From an uncultured bacterium (GTDB taxonomy: Bacteria > Verrucomicrobiota > Kiritimatiellia > PWTM01), in the NCBI GenBank assembly GCA_937139365.1, contig CAKZPT010000062.1, forward strand, positions 5,422 through 69,421: a stretch of DNA of 64,000 nt, in the 5' to 3' direction. Within the stretch, counting starts at the first letter, position 1. Each line of letters starts with the position of its first letter. Both the position numbers and the translations under genes were made by a program. The notes beneath the pieces are model-generated. The model was not told the origin of the DNA. It was given only the letters and a program-made list of their open reading frames with translations, and did not search any database. Below are positions 30,017 through 39,491 of the stretch, one piece after another.

Positions 30017-30937
30017 ATGCCCAACCACGAAACCCTGGTGGTGCTGGCGGCGGGGATCGGCAGCCGGTACGGCGGCTTGAAGCAACTCGACCCGGTCGGA
30101 CCCAACGGCGAGGTCATTCTGGATTATTCGGTGTACGACGCGGTGCGCGCCGGCTTCGGACGCGTCGTCTTCATCATCCAGCGCGCCTTCGAGGCGGCCT
30201 TTCGCGATCGGATCCTGAGCCGCTACGAAGGGCACATCTCGGCCGCGCTGGCGTTCCAGGAGCTGGACATGCTGCCGGAGGGCTTCGCGGTGCCGGAGGG
30301 CCGGCAAAAGCCGTGGGGCACGGCGCATGCGGTGCTCTGCGCGGCGTCCGCCCTCGGCGAGGCGCCGTTCGCGGTGATCAACGCCGACGACTTCTACGGA
30401 CGCGGCGCGTACGAGCTGTTGATCGAATTTCTGCGCGCCCCGCAGCCGCCGGGGCCCCCGACCTACGCGCTGGTCGGCTACCGGCTGCGCAACACCCTCT
30501 CCGACCACGGCGCCGTCGCGCGCGGCGTTTGCACCGTCAACGCCGGCCTGGAGCTGGTCGCGGCCGAGGAGCTCACCGCCATTGAGGCGCTACCCGGCGG
30601 CCGGGCGCGCAACCGTTATCCCGACGGTTCGGTGCACGAGCTGACGGGCGACGAATTCGTCTCGATGAACCTGTGGGGCTTTTTGCCCTCCGCGCTCCCG
30701 CTGATCCGCGCCGGGTTCGAGCGGTTTCTCCGCGAGCACGGCGGCGATCCGAAGGCGGAGTTCTACATCCCCACCGTGGTCACGGAGTGGCTGCGCGCCG
30801 GCCGCGCGCGGTGCCGCGTGCTGCCGACCTCCGAGACGTGGTTCGGAGTGACCTACCGCGAGGACAAGCCCCGCGTCGTGGAGAGCCTGCGCGCCCTGGT
30901 CGCCGCTGGCGTCTACCCCGAACGCCTCTGGAGCTGA
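30017..30937 (+). CDS. Sugar-1-phosphate nucleotidyltransferase
   Basis: LAAGIGSRYGGLKQ, KPWGTAHA, INADDFYG, VSMNLWGF, WFGVTY. Confidence 0.9.
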   Translation: MPNHETLVVLAAGIGSRYGGLKQLDPVGPNGEVILDYSVYDAVRAGFGRVVFIIQRAFEAAFRDRILSRYEGHISAALAFQELDMLPEGFAVPEGRQKPWGTAHAVLCAASALGEAPFAVINADDFYGRGAYELLIEFLRAPQPPGPPTYALVGYRLRNTLSDHGAVARGVCTVNAGLELVAAEELTAIEALPGGRARNRYPDGSVHELTGDEFVSMNLWGFLPSALPLIRAGFERFLREHGGDPKAEFYIPTVVTEWLRAGRARCRVLPTSETWFGVTYREDKPRVVESLRALVAAGVYPERLWS

Positions 30938-30942
30938 CCGCC

Positions 30943-32079
30943 GTGCGCCCCCCTCCGCCGCCGGACCGCCTGCGCGAGATCGTCGGCCGGTTCCGCATTT
31001 CGGGCGACGTCGGCGACATCCGCCCGTACGGCAGCGGCCACATCAACGACACGTTCGTCGTCGAGGTCGACCAGGCCGGCGCGCCGGTCCGCTACATCCT
31101 GCAGCGTCTGAATACCGACGTGTTCCGCGACCCCGCCGCGGTGATGCGCAACATCGGCCGAGTCACCCGCCACCTCGCCGACCGCCTTCGCCGCGCCGGC
31201 GTGCGCGACGCCAGCCGCCGCGCCCTGACGCTGATCCCGACGCTCGACGGTGCGGACTGGTTGGACGAACCCGACGGTGCCTGGCGGGTCTACCTCTTCA
31301 TCGAGCGCGCCCGCACCTACGACCAGATCGAGCATCCCGGCCAGGCGGAGGCCGCCGCCCGAGCGTTCGCCCGCTTCCAGCTGGAACTGGCCGACCTGCC
31401 CGTCGGGTCGCTCGCCGAGACCATCCCCGACTTCCACCACACCCGCCGCCGCTTCGAGGCGCTGCGCGAGGCCGTCCGGGCCGATCCCCTCGGCCGCGCC
31501 TCCGGATGCCGCCCGGAGATCGAGTTCGCCTTCGCCCGCGAGGGCATCGTGGACACGTTGCTCGACGCCCGCGCCGCCGGCCTCTTGCCTGACCGCGTCA
31601 CGCACAACGACACCAAGCTCAACAACGTGATGCTGGACGACGCCACCGGCGAGGGGGTCTGCGTGATCGACCTCGACACCGTGATGCCCGGCCTCGTCCT
31701 GTACGACTTCGGCGACATGTGCCGCACCGCGACCCGCCCCACCCCCGAGGACGAACGCGACCTCGGGCGGGTCCGGATGCGGCCGGACATGTTCGAGGTC
31801 CTCGCCCGCGGCTACCTCTCCGCCGCCGCCGACTTCCTCCTCGATGCCGAGGTCGAACGGCTCGCGTTTTCGGCCCGGCTGATCACCTTCGAGATCGGCA
31901 TCCGGTTTCTGGCCGACTACCTCCTCGGCGACGTCTATTTCAAAACCCACCGCCCCGGCCACAACCTCGACCGGTGCCGCGTCCAGTTCCGGATGGTCGA
32001 GTCGTTCGAGGCGAACGAAGACCGGATGCGGGAAATCGTCGACGCGCTGTGGCGCCGCGCGAGGGAGGCCCGACCATGA
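30943..32079 (+). CDS. Aminoglycoside-phosphotransferase-fold N-acetylhexosamine 1-kinase-like protein
   Basis: GSGHINDT, YILQRLN, ETIPDFH, THNDTKLNN, IDLDTVMPG, YDFGD, RFLADYL.GD.YFK. Confidence 0.88.
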   Translation: MRPPPPPDRLREIVGRFRISGDVGDIRPYGSGHINDTFVVEVDQAGAPVRYILQRLNTDVFRDPAAVMRNIGRVTRHLADRLRRAGVRDASRRALTLIPTLDGADWLDEPDGAWRVYLFIERARTYDQIEHPGQAEAAARAFARFQLELADLPVGSLAETIPDFHHTRRRFEALREAVRADPLGRASGCRPEIEFAFAREGIVDTLLDARAAGLLPDRVTHNDTKLNNVMLDDATGEGVCVIDLDTVMPGLVLYDFGDMCRTATRPTPEDERDLGRVRMRPDMFEVLARGYLSAAADFLLDAEVERLAFSARLITFEIGIRFLADYLLGDVYFKTHRPGHNLDRCRVQFRMVESFEANEDRMREIVDALWRRAREARP

Positions 32080-34061
32080 ACATGTCCGGACTTGACGTCG
32101 CGATCGTGATCGCCTTTCTGGCTTCGGTGGTCGTCGTCGGCTCGCTGGCCGCGAAGCGGGCCGGACGCAGTTCGGCGGACTTCTTCCTTTCCGGCCGCTC
32201 GATGCCGTGGTGGCTGTTGGGCGTCTCGATGGTCGCCTGCACGTTTTCGTGCGACACGCCGAACCTCGTCACCGACATCGTCCGCACCGGCGGCGTGGCG
32301 GGAAACTGGGCGTGGTGGGCGTTCCTGCTGACCGGCATGCTGACGGTGTTCGTCTACGCCAAGCTCTGGCGGCGATCGGCGCTCGACACGGACCTCGGCT
32401 TCTACGAGATCCGCTACAGCGGCCGTCCCGCCGCCGTACTGCGCGGCTTCCGCGCCCTCTACCTCGGTGTGCTGTTCAACGTGCTGGTGATGGCGACCGT
32501 CTCGCTGGCGGCGATCAAGATCGGACAGGTGATGTTCGGCCTTCGGCCGGGCGAGACCCTCTTCTACGCTTCCGCCGGCGTGGCGATCTACTCCGTCCTG
32601 GGCGGCCTGACGGGCTCGATTTGGGCGGACTTTTACCAGTACTCGGTGGCGATGTTCGGCGCGATCGCGGCGGCCTGGTACGCGGTGACCTCGCCGGCGT
32701 TCGGCGTCGGCGGTCTCTCGAACCTCGTCGCGCACCCGAACCTCGCCGGGAAGCTGTCGTTCCTGCCGCCGGCGCCGTCGGCCGACGACCTCAGTCCGCT
32801 GGTGGGCCTCTTCGTCCTGCCGGTGGCGATCCAGTGGTGGAACGTCTGGTACCCCGGCGCCGAGCCGGGCGGGGGCGGATACGTCGCGCAGCGGATGCTC
32901 TCGGCCAAAAACGAGCGGCATGCCGTTGGCGCCACGCTGTTGTTCAACTTCCTCCACTACGCGGTGCGCCCCTGGCCGTGGATCCTCGTCGCCCTCGTTT
33001 CGCTGGTCGCCTTTGCGCCCGACCCGCCCGAGGTTCGCGACGCCGCCCGCGCCCGCCTGCAATCGCCGGAGCTGGCCGCGGAGGTGGCGAGGTACGACGC
33101 CGGACGAGCGGACGAGCTGCCCCCCGAGCGCCGGGCCGAGATCCGGCTGCTCAAGGCCCGCGCGGCGGGCGTGGGCCGTTTGGCCGAGGCCTTCCCGGTC
33201 GTCCACGACCAGTTCCTGCGCAACGACATCGCGTACCCCGCGATGATCGCCCGCCTGCCGAAGGGCCTGCTGGGGATCGTCGTCGCGTCGCTGATCGCCG
33301 CCTACATGTCCACCATCGCCACGCACCTCAACTGGGGCTCGTCGTACGTCGTGAACGACTTCTACCGCCGCTTCCTGCGGCCCGGCGCATCGGAGCGCGA
33401 GCTGGTCGCCGTCGGGCGTGCCACGATGCTGGCGCTGCTGCTGCTGTCGGCCTGGGTGGCGATCCAGATGACGAACGCCAAGGCCTCGTTCGACCTGCTG
33501 TTGGCCGTCGGGGCGGGGACGGGGCTGATCTACATTCTCCGCTGGTTCTGGTGGCGGCTGAACGCCTGGAGCGAGATCAGCGCGATGATCCTCTCGTTCG
33601 CGATCGCCTGCTTCTTCGCTTGGGGCGCGCCGCGCCTGGGCCTGGAGGCCGCAATGCGCGACGCCGGCTGGCTGAAGATCATGAGCTACGGTGACTGGAA
33701 ACTCCTCCTAGGCATCGCCGGCACGACCGCCGGCTGGCTGGCGGTCACCTGGATGACGCCGCCGGTGGATGGCCGCGTCCTGCGCGAGTTTTACCGCAAA
33801 GTGCAGCCCGGCGGCCCCGGCTGGCGGCCGGTCGTCGCTGCCGCGCGGGCGGAGGGCGAGGTGCTGGAACGGGAGACCGGATGGGACGTCCCGCTAGGCC
33901 TGGTGTGCATGATGCTCGGCTGCCTCGCGGTCTGGGGTGCGCTCTTCTCGATCGGAAGCTGGCTGTACGGTCGCCGCATCGGCGCGCTCGCGCTGGCGGC
34001 CGTCGCCGCCGTTTCGCTCGCCGCCCTGCTCCGGCTCAGCCGCCGCCTCCGCTTCCGCTGA
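32076..34061 (+). CDS. Sodium:solute symporter family sugar transporter
   Basis: FFLSGRSMPWW, SMVACTFSCDTP, YPGAEPGGGGYVAQRM, AAYMST, LRWFWWRLNAW. ATGA overlap. Confidence 0.92.
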   Translation: MNMSGLDVAIVIAFLASVVVVGSLAAKRAGRSSADFFLSGRSMPWWLLGVSMVACTFSCDTPNLVTDIVRTGGVAGNWAWWAFLLTGMLTVFVYAKLWRRSALDTDLGFYEIRYSGRPAAVLRGFRALYLGVLFNVLVMATVSLAAIKIGQVMFGLRPGETLFYASAGVAIYSVLGGLTGSIWADFYQYSVAMFGAIAAAWYAVTSPAFGVGGLSNLVAHPNLAGKLSFLPPAPSADDLSPLVGLFVLPVAIQWWNVWYPGAEPGGGGYVAQRMLSAKNERHAVGATLLFNFLHYAVRPWPWILVALVSLVAFAPDPPEVRDAARARLQSPELAAEVARYDAGRADELPPERRAEIRLLKARAAGVGRLAEAFPVVHDQFLRNDIAYPAMIARLPKGLLGIVVASLIAAYMSTIATHLNWGSSYVVNDFYRRFLRPGASERELVAVGRATMLALLLLSAWVAIQMTNAKASFDLLLAVGAGTGLIYILRWFWWRLNAWSEISAMILSFAIACFFAWGAPRLGLEAAMRDAGWLKIMSYGDWKLLLGIAGTTAGWLAVTWMTPPVDGRVLREFYRKVQPGGPGWRPVVAAARAEGEVLERETGWDVPLGLVCMMLGCLAVWGALFSIGSWLYGRRIGALALAAVAAVSLAALLRLSRRLRFR

Positions 34062-34169
34062 ACCGCCGCCCCGCCACCTTGCAGCCAGGCAGATCCGCAC
34101 CACTTTCGCCATCATCACCGACGCCCTGGATGTGCGCCGCGAAACCGATCCGGTCGAGGAGTAACCCAA

Positions 34170-35935
34170 GGTCGCTCTCGCGCCAGTCGAGGAGGTCGAG
34201 CCACACCGCCTCCGCGGGACGCGACCAGCCGAACGTTGCCCGATACCGCGCCACCCCGGAGAAGAACCGCACCGCGGCCTCCGGGTGATCGTCCAGCGGC
34301 ATCAACCGCTCGAGCCGGATCGCCTCGGGGCAGGTCCAACCCCTCAGGAAAGGCGACCGTCCACGGTCCCGTGATGTCGAGCGGAACCGGCGCCTCCAAC
34401 AACTCCTCATGCACCCGGCCATCTGATCAGACGAACCGATGGTGCCCGCCCTCGGCCGTCCACCACGCCCAACTCCGCCCGTCCCGCGCCAGACGGGGCA
34501 GGCCCAGCAGCAGGCGCTCCTCCCGCGACCGGCCCTCGTCGGCCAGCCGCGCGACCTCCGCCTCACTGAACCCCACTGACCACACCGCCCACACGCCGCT
34601 TTCGCCACGGAAGTCCTTCGGCGGACGGGACGGACCGCTCACCGAAGGATGAGCCGGCCGTGCGCCTTCCACCCCTTCAGCCACGGTTCGGCCATCCAGG
34701 CACAGGCGCGCCCGCCGCCGCTCCGGCGGGACCTGCTCCAACAAGCGGCCGACGAACTGACCGAAATGGTGCGTGGCCCAGCGGCGGTTCATCTTGTCCA
34801 CCTCGAGGCCGGTGCCTTCCTCGGAGGCCGGGTGGTTGCGGATCCCCGCGGGCGTCATGCCGATCCGGAACACGCGCCACTCGCCCGGCGGCGGCGTCCA
34901 GCGCAGTCGGCCGTCCGCGTCCAGCCGGCCGGTGAGGTCCACTACGCGGTCAGGCGGGCTCGCCCCGACCGGATCGTCCGCCATCGGCTGGGGCGCCCAC
35001 CGGTAGTGCTCCCAGGGCGGGAGGGGCTCGGGGAACATCTTGCCGAGCTGCTTTTCGATGTAGAACTCCAGCCGGGGCCCGCGAAAAGTTCGATCTCCCG
35101 CAGCGCCGCAGTGCCGGCCCTGGGCCGCAGCGTCACGCAAGCAAGTCGAGGTCGCCGGCGCGAAGGCGATCGCGATGGGGCCGGAGGTCGCAAATCCGAC
35201 AAGCAGATCGGGCTTCCGCAGTTCGAAAGCCGCGCGGCGAATCGGCCGCCAGCGGTCTCCGGCGCGCCTTCAGCTCCACCTCCGCGCGGTACGAAACCGC
35301 CGCCAGGTGCAACACACCAGCGCGCCACGAAGGGGTGGGCGCAGGTGAGCTCGATCTGCACCGGCCGGACGCCCAGCCCGACGGGCTCCGCCAGATCGCC
35401 GTCGGCCAGCCGCGAGACGTCCGAGACGGCCGGACGGATTTCCACGGCAGGACGGAAGGCGGCGATGGACACGTCGTCTTCCAGCTCCGCGGGCGCCGCC
35501 AGCAGGACGATGTCCTAAAACGGCTCGGCCGGCGGCGGCAGGACGATGTCGACGGGTGTGGGGCCGCGTACCCGGGCTTCCGCGATGGCGACCCGGCGCA
35601 TCGCCTGCGTCGCGGCGATCCACGGGCCGCCGGACTGGCTCCAGCCGAGGCAGTTGAACAGCCCGATGTCCCCCCCAGCCGCCCGGCTTCGAGCAGCGTG
35701 TGTTCGAAGGCCGCCCATCACCCGTCCGAGAACACGCGCACCGTGCCGGCAGTGGCGTCCCGGAGATAAATGTGGCCGATCAGCGCCGCTCCAATGCCCG
35801 CCCGCCGCATCGCCTCCAAGTCTCCCGTGATGCCGGAGGTGGGGACGTTATCGCTGATCCGGTACCGATGACACCACGGCCGCGTCTCGTCCGGCGGTTC
35901 CCTGAAACCCGCGGCCAGCGGCAGCCCCAACGAAC
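34170..35935 (-). pseudogene. GH106 alpha-L-rhamnosidase-like gene, heavily decayed with internal deletions
   Basis: GFREPPDETRPWC...SDN...GITGDLEAM..GIG, FNCLGWSQSGGPWI...AMR, GLEVDKMN, ITGPWTVAF, AVRFFSGVARY are scattered across frames with stops. Confidence 0.82.
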
Positions 35936-36039
35936 GCCGCTAACCCCGCCGTCAGGCATGCCGACCCCAGCAGGGTGGCCCCCGGCCGTCGTCGCGCAAG
36001 TCGCGCCATCTCCGGCCTCCTTGGATTCGATCGGGTCGC

Positions 36040-36408
36040 TCAATCCGGCATGGCGGCCGGGAGGGACAGCGGCACCCACACGTCACAGACGTGCGACGAG
36101 CGGTTTGCCGACACCAACCGCCAGCGCTCCCAAAGTTCCTCCCGCCGCCCGTCGCCGGCGCGACGTTCCTCGCGCGCCATCGACACGGAGCTTGGCGGGC
36201 AAAATCCTGTGGAATTGGTCAAGGAAAGAACCCGCACAACGGTCATCGAATGCAGCCCCAGCGAGAGGTCCGCGGCGTCGGACGTCAAACGCCCGGCGAC
36301 CCCGGCATGGAACAGCGCAGCCGCGACCGCGCCCGTCAGCGCTGCCGCCACCGCCAGCGCCACGAGCACCTCGATCAGGGTAAACCCCAACCCGCGGCCG
36401 TCGCGCAC
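36040..36408 (-). CDS. Prepilin-type N-terminal cleavage/methylation protein (minor pseudopilin-like)
   Basis: G|FTLIEVLVALAVAAAL. Start is either GTG 36408 (preceded by TTGAGC-N17-TACAAG) or ATG 36486. Confidence 0.7.
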   Translation of the reverse strand: MRDGRGLGFTLIEVLVALAVAAALTGAVAAALFHAGVAGRLTSDAADLSLGLHSMTVVRVLSLTNSTGFCPPSSVSMAREERRAGDGRREELWERWRLVSANRSSHVCDVWVPLSLPAAMPD

Positions 36409-36589
36409 GCGGCCGAAGCGCGCCCTCCGCCGAATCTCCGGCCTCCTTGCACGTCCCGAACCCCGCATTTCGGGCGCTTGTACCATGCCCGGCGGCGCGG
36501 CTCAAGAACGGATGGGCGGGCGCAAGCCGGCGATCCTGGGCCTGCAGGCGCTCAACCGCGGCAACTCCCCCGCGATGCCGTTGAGCGGT

Positions 36590-36761
36590 TGCAGGGTTCA
36601 AGTTTGCCCCAGCCGCAGCCATGCCCATCCGCAAACGGTCTACGCTCGTCTTCACCCTTCGGGCTACGCCAGGCCTTCGGCAAGCCGAGGCCCTGGGGAA
36701 GGCATGCGTGCGGCATGCCGAAATCGTAGGGTTCGACCTTGCTCGAGCCGCCGGCGGCTAC
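36590..36761. repeat. Cluster of stacked palindromes including a GTAG-footed REP-like hairpin
   Basis: CCAGGCCTTCGGC-AA-GCCGAGGCCCTGG, GGCATGC-N5-GCATGCC, GTAG-GGTTCGA-N6-TCGAGCC, GCCGCCGGCGGC. Confidence 0.45.
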
Positions 36762-37219
36762 AGGTCGGCCGAGGAAATATCGGCGGCGTCGCCGGTCCCC
36801 CCCGGCCGTCCGTCGGCGCCGTAGCTGAGGATTTCGTATGGCAACCCGTCCCGGCCGGGTACGGCGTACACGAATTCCCGTCCCCACGGGTCGCGGGGGA
36901 GCTTGCGGCTGCTGAGGTAGCCTTCGGGCGGATACGTTTCGGGGGCCGGCGGGACCGCCGGTTTGCGCACGAGGGCCTCCAACCCCTGCTCCATCGTCGG
37001 GTAGCGGCCCTGTTCGATCTGATAGTGCGACAGCGCGTTTTGCAGCTCGCGAATCTGCAGCTTCGCCGTGTCCACACGGGCCTTGCGCTGCTGGCCGATC
37101 ACGTTGACGGTGACCAGCGTCGCCAACCCCATCAGGATGGCAAGTACGACGAGGACCTCGATCAGGGTGAAACCGGCCGAAGCGCGCCGGCGCGCGCCAT
37201 GGCGGTGGTCTCCGCTCAT
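36758..37219 (-). CDS. gspG: Type II secretion major pseudopilin
   Basis: G|FTLIE, GRYPTMEQGLEAL, DPWG, SYGADGRPGG...DI. Confidence 0.93.
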   Translation of the reverse strand: MSGDHRHGARRRASAGFTLIEVLVVLAILMGLATLVTVNVIGQQRKARVDTAKLQIRELQNALSHYQIEQGRYPTMEQGLEALVRKPAVPPAPETYPPEGYLSSRKLPRDPWGREFVYAVPGRDGLPYEILSYGADGRPGGTGDAADISSADL

Positions 37220-39480
37220 GTCTCAGCCTCCTTCTTGCGGGAGCGGCCGCGGCGGGCCGGCGGGGGATCGTTCTCTTCGACGCCGACGGCCTTCAACCGG
37301 TCGATCAGATCCTCCAGCCGGGCCACGTAATAGGCGACGTTCTCGTCGCGCCGTTCGGGGTCCCAGTCGGCGACCCGGCGCGCATGGGCGTGAATGGGCA
37401 CGGACTTCCTGTCGCCGGTGACGTAGTACGAAATCGTGTCGCCGGCCCGGTACGGCCGCCCAGAGGCCAGGGCCAGCTCGCAGGCGGCGTCGCGCGGGCC
37501 ACCGCTGGCCTGCCGGCGCGCGGCATAGGTTTCGGGCGACTGGGCCAGCCGCTCGGTGCGGGCGAGCCGCTGGATCGGCCATTCCCGTCGCACGAGCGCC
37601 CGGCGGTACCGATCGGCCAGCGCATCCAACTCATCGTCCCGCCCGGCCAGCTTCAAGCCGATCCATTCCCGGATGAAATCCCGCAGGTACGGCTCCAGGC
37701 CGCGGGATCGCAACGCCGCGCCGGTGATCAGAATCTCCCCGTCGGAGGTCATCAACGCGTAGTTTTTTCGGCGGTAGCTGAACATGGCCTCGTAGGTCGC
37801 GTCGAACTCCAGGTCGACGCCCTCCGGCAGGACCGACCGGACCCGATCGCGGAACCGCGCCAGGTCCTCATCGCCGCCCGGCGGGGGGATGAAAAAGATG
37901 CCGTCGGTGTCCACCTCGACCGGCCGGCCACCGGCGGCCCGCACGGCCTCGACCATCGCGCGCAGCAGTTCCCGGCCTCGCGCGGCCACCCGCTCCGCGG
38001 CGTCGAAGTCGTTGAACCGCGCCGCCTCGAAGCCCAAGTATCCGTAGAAGGAGTTGATGAGGATCTTGAAGGCGCTTTGCATCGCCTCCTCGAACGCACG
38101 CTCGGCGCCCGCGGCCGCCGCCATCCGCGCGCGGGCCTCGAAGCGGACGTCGCGGAGCCGTTCGAGCAGCCGCAGAAAGAACCCCAGCGAATCCGACGCC
38201 GGGCCGATGCGGTCCACGAGCATGATCGACGGATACAGCGACCGCACATCGCAGTGGTGGACCGGCCGGACGACGCCTGTTTCGTAGACCTCCGTCAGGC
38301 CGCCCTCGAACGGGCGCGCCGGCTGCGGGCGCGGGATCGCGGCGCGCGCAGCGAGGTAGCCCCGCAGCATCACCGCATCGATCTTCGCGGCCGCGCCGCG
38401 CAGCACGACGTTCTGCAAGCTCATCGGCACCATGCGGGCCTGGGCCACGTACACCGGCCCCAGGCGCGCGGCCAGGCCGGCCGTCTCCTGTAAGTCCGCC
38501 GCCAGGTAACGCAGCACGCGATCGGGGTCGCGGTCGAACGTCCGTCCGATCTCCGACCCCTCGATGTATTCGCGCCCCTCCCTCGCGAAACCGAAATGGC
38601 GGGCCGCCTCCTTCAGCCCCAGGCCGGGCAGGGTGCGGTGGACGACGTCGTAGAGCTGCGCCAGGAAATAGGTGTCCACCACCGTCCGTCCGAAGAGGTC
38701 GGCCCGCGGATAACTGACGGCGCGGTCGGCGGCGACGAAGCGGCCAGGGCGGATCGCCATCGGTCGGTCGAGCCGGCCCAGTCGCAGCTCGATCCCGTGG
38801 CGAGCCGCGCGGCGCGCCAGATAGTCGAGGTCGAAGGCGAAGATGTTGTGTCCCTCGACGAGGTCAGGATCGCGCTCGCGGACCAGCTCGACCATCCGGC
38901 GGATCAGGGAGGGCTCGTCGTGCTCGCCGGCGTGCAGGAGCGCGCTCCAGCCGGTGTTGTCGGACAGCCCGATCGCGAGAATCCGGTCCTCCTCGCGGTC
39001 TGGGTTGGAGAACTCGAAGCCTTCGGCGGTCCGAGTTTCGATGTCGAGCTGGAGCCGCCGGAGATCGCCGAACGACAGACCGTCGAACAGGGTCCGGCCC
39101 CGCTCCATCAGGTGCTGTTGGACGGCATCGTTGATGAAGAAATACGGGGCCTCCCGGTCGAACGGGGTCCGGCCGCTGGCCTTCTGCAACCAGCGGACGG
39201 CTGTTTCCAGCGCCGCCCACGTGGGGCACCGGACCAGGATGCGCAGGTCGCCGGGGCCCTCCAGCGGCTCGACCTCATGGGGGGCGGGGCAGCCGCGCAC
39301 CAGCTCCGCCGACTCGGCCCAGAGGAACGGACGGAACGGCTCTTCGGCCGTGCGCACGCGGCCGCCCTCGCGCCGGAAGAGGACCGCGACATCGCCGCCC
39401 GGCCGCGGTTCGCATTCCACCGCGACCAGGCCCGGAATCGGGTCGTGCCCGTGGAGCAGCGCGCGGTCGGCGGCGTCCAT
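37216..39480 (-). CDS. polB: Family B DNA polymerase (Pol II-like) with 3'-5' exonuclease
   Basis: Exonuclease motifs LDIET, GHNIFAFD, YLAAD. Polymerase motifs DVRSLYPS, KILINSFYG, VDTDG, RKNYA. Confidence 0.92.
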   Translation of the reverse strand: MDAADRALLHGHDPIPGLVAVECEPRPGGDVAVLFRREGGRVRTAEEPFRPFLWAESAELVRGCPAPHEVEPLEGPGDLRILVRCPTWAALETAVRWLQKASGRTPFDREAPYFFINDAVQQHLMERGRTLFDGLSFGDLRRLQLDIETRTAEGFEFSNPDREEDRILAIGLSDNTGWSALLHAGEHDEPSLIRRMVELVRERDPDLVEGHNIFAFDLDYLARRAARHGIELRLGRLDRPMAIRPGRFVAADRAVSYPRADLFGRTVVDTYFLAQLYDVVHRTLPGLGLKEAARHFGFAREGREYIEGSEIGRTFDRDPDRVLRYLAADLQETAGLAARLGPVYVAQARMVPMSLQNVVLRGAAAKIDAVMLRGYLAARAAIPRPQPARPFEGGLTEVYETGVVRPVHHCDVRSLYPSIMLVDRIGPASDSLGFFLRLLERLRDVRFEARARMAAAAGAERAFEEAMQSAFKILINSFYGYLGFEAARFNDFDAAERVAARGRELLRAMVEAVRAAGGRPVEVDTDGIFFIPPPGGDEDLARFRDRVRSVLPEGVDLEFDATYEAMFSYRRKNYALMTSDGEILITGAALRSRGLEPYLRDFIREWIGLKLAGRDDELDALADRYRRALVRREWPIQRLARTERLAQSPETYAARRQASGGPRDAACELALASGRPYRAGDTISYYVTGDRKSVPIHAHARRVADWDPERRDENVAYYVARLEDLIDRLKAVGVEENDPPPARRGRSRKKEAET

Positions 39481-39491
39481 CTGTGTGGCCC

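Noticed and set aside
37216..39480. Prophage, pipolin or casposon around the family B polymerase
   Set aside because: No integrase, cas1, structural genes or terminal repeats. The gene is embedded between housekeeping envelope genes with host-like composition.
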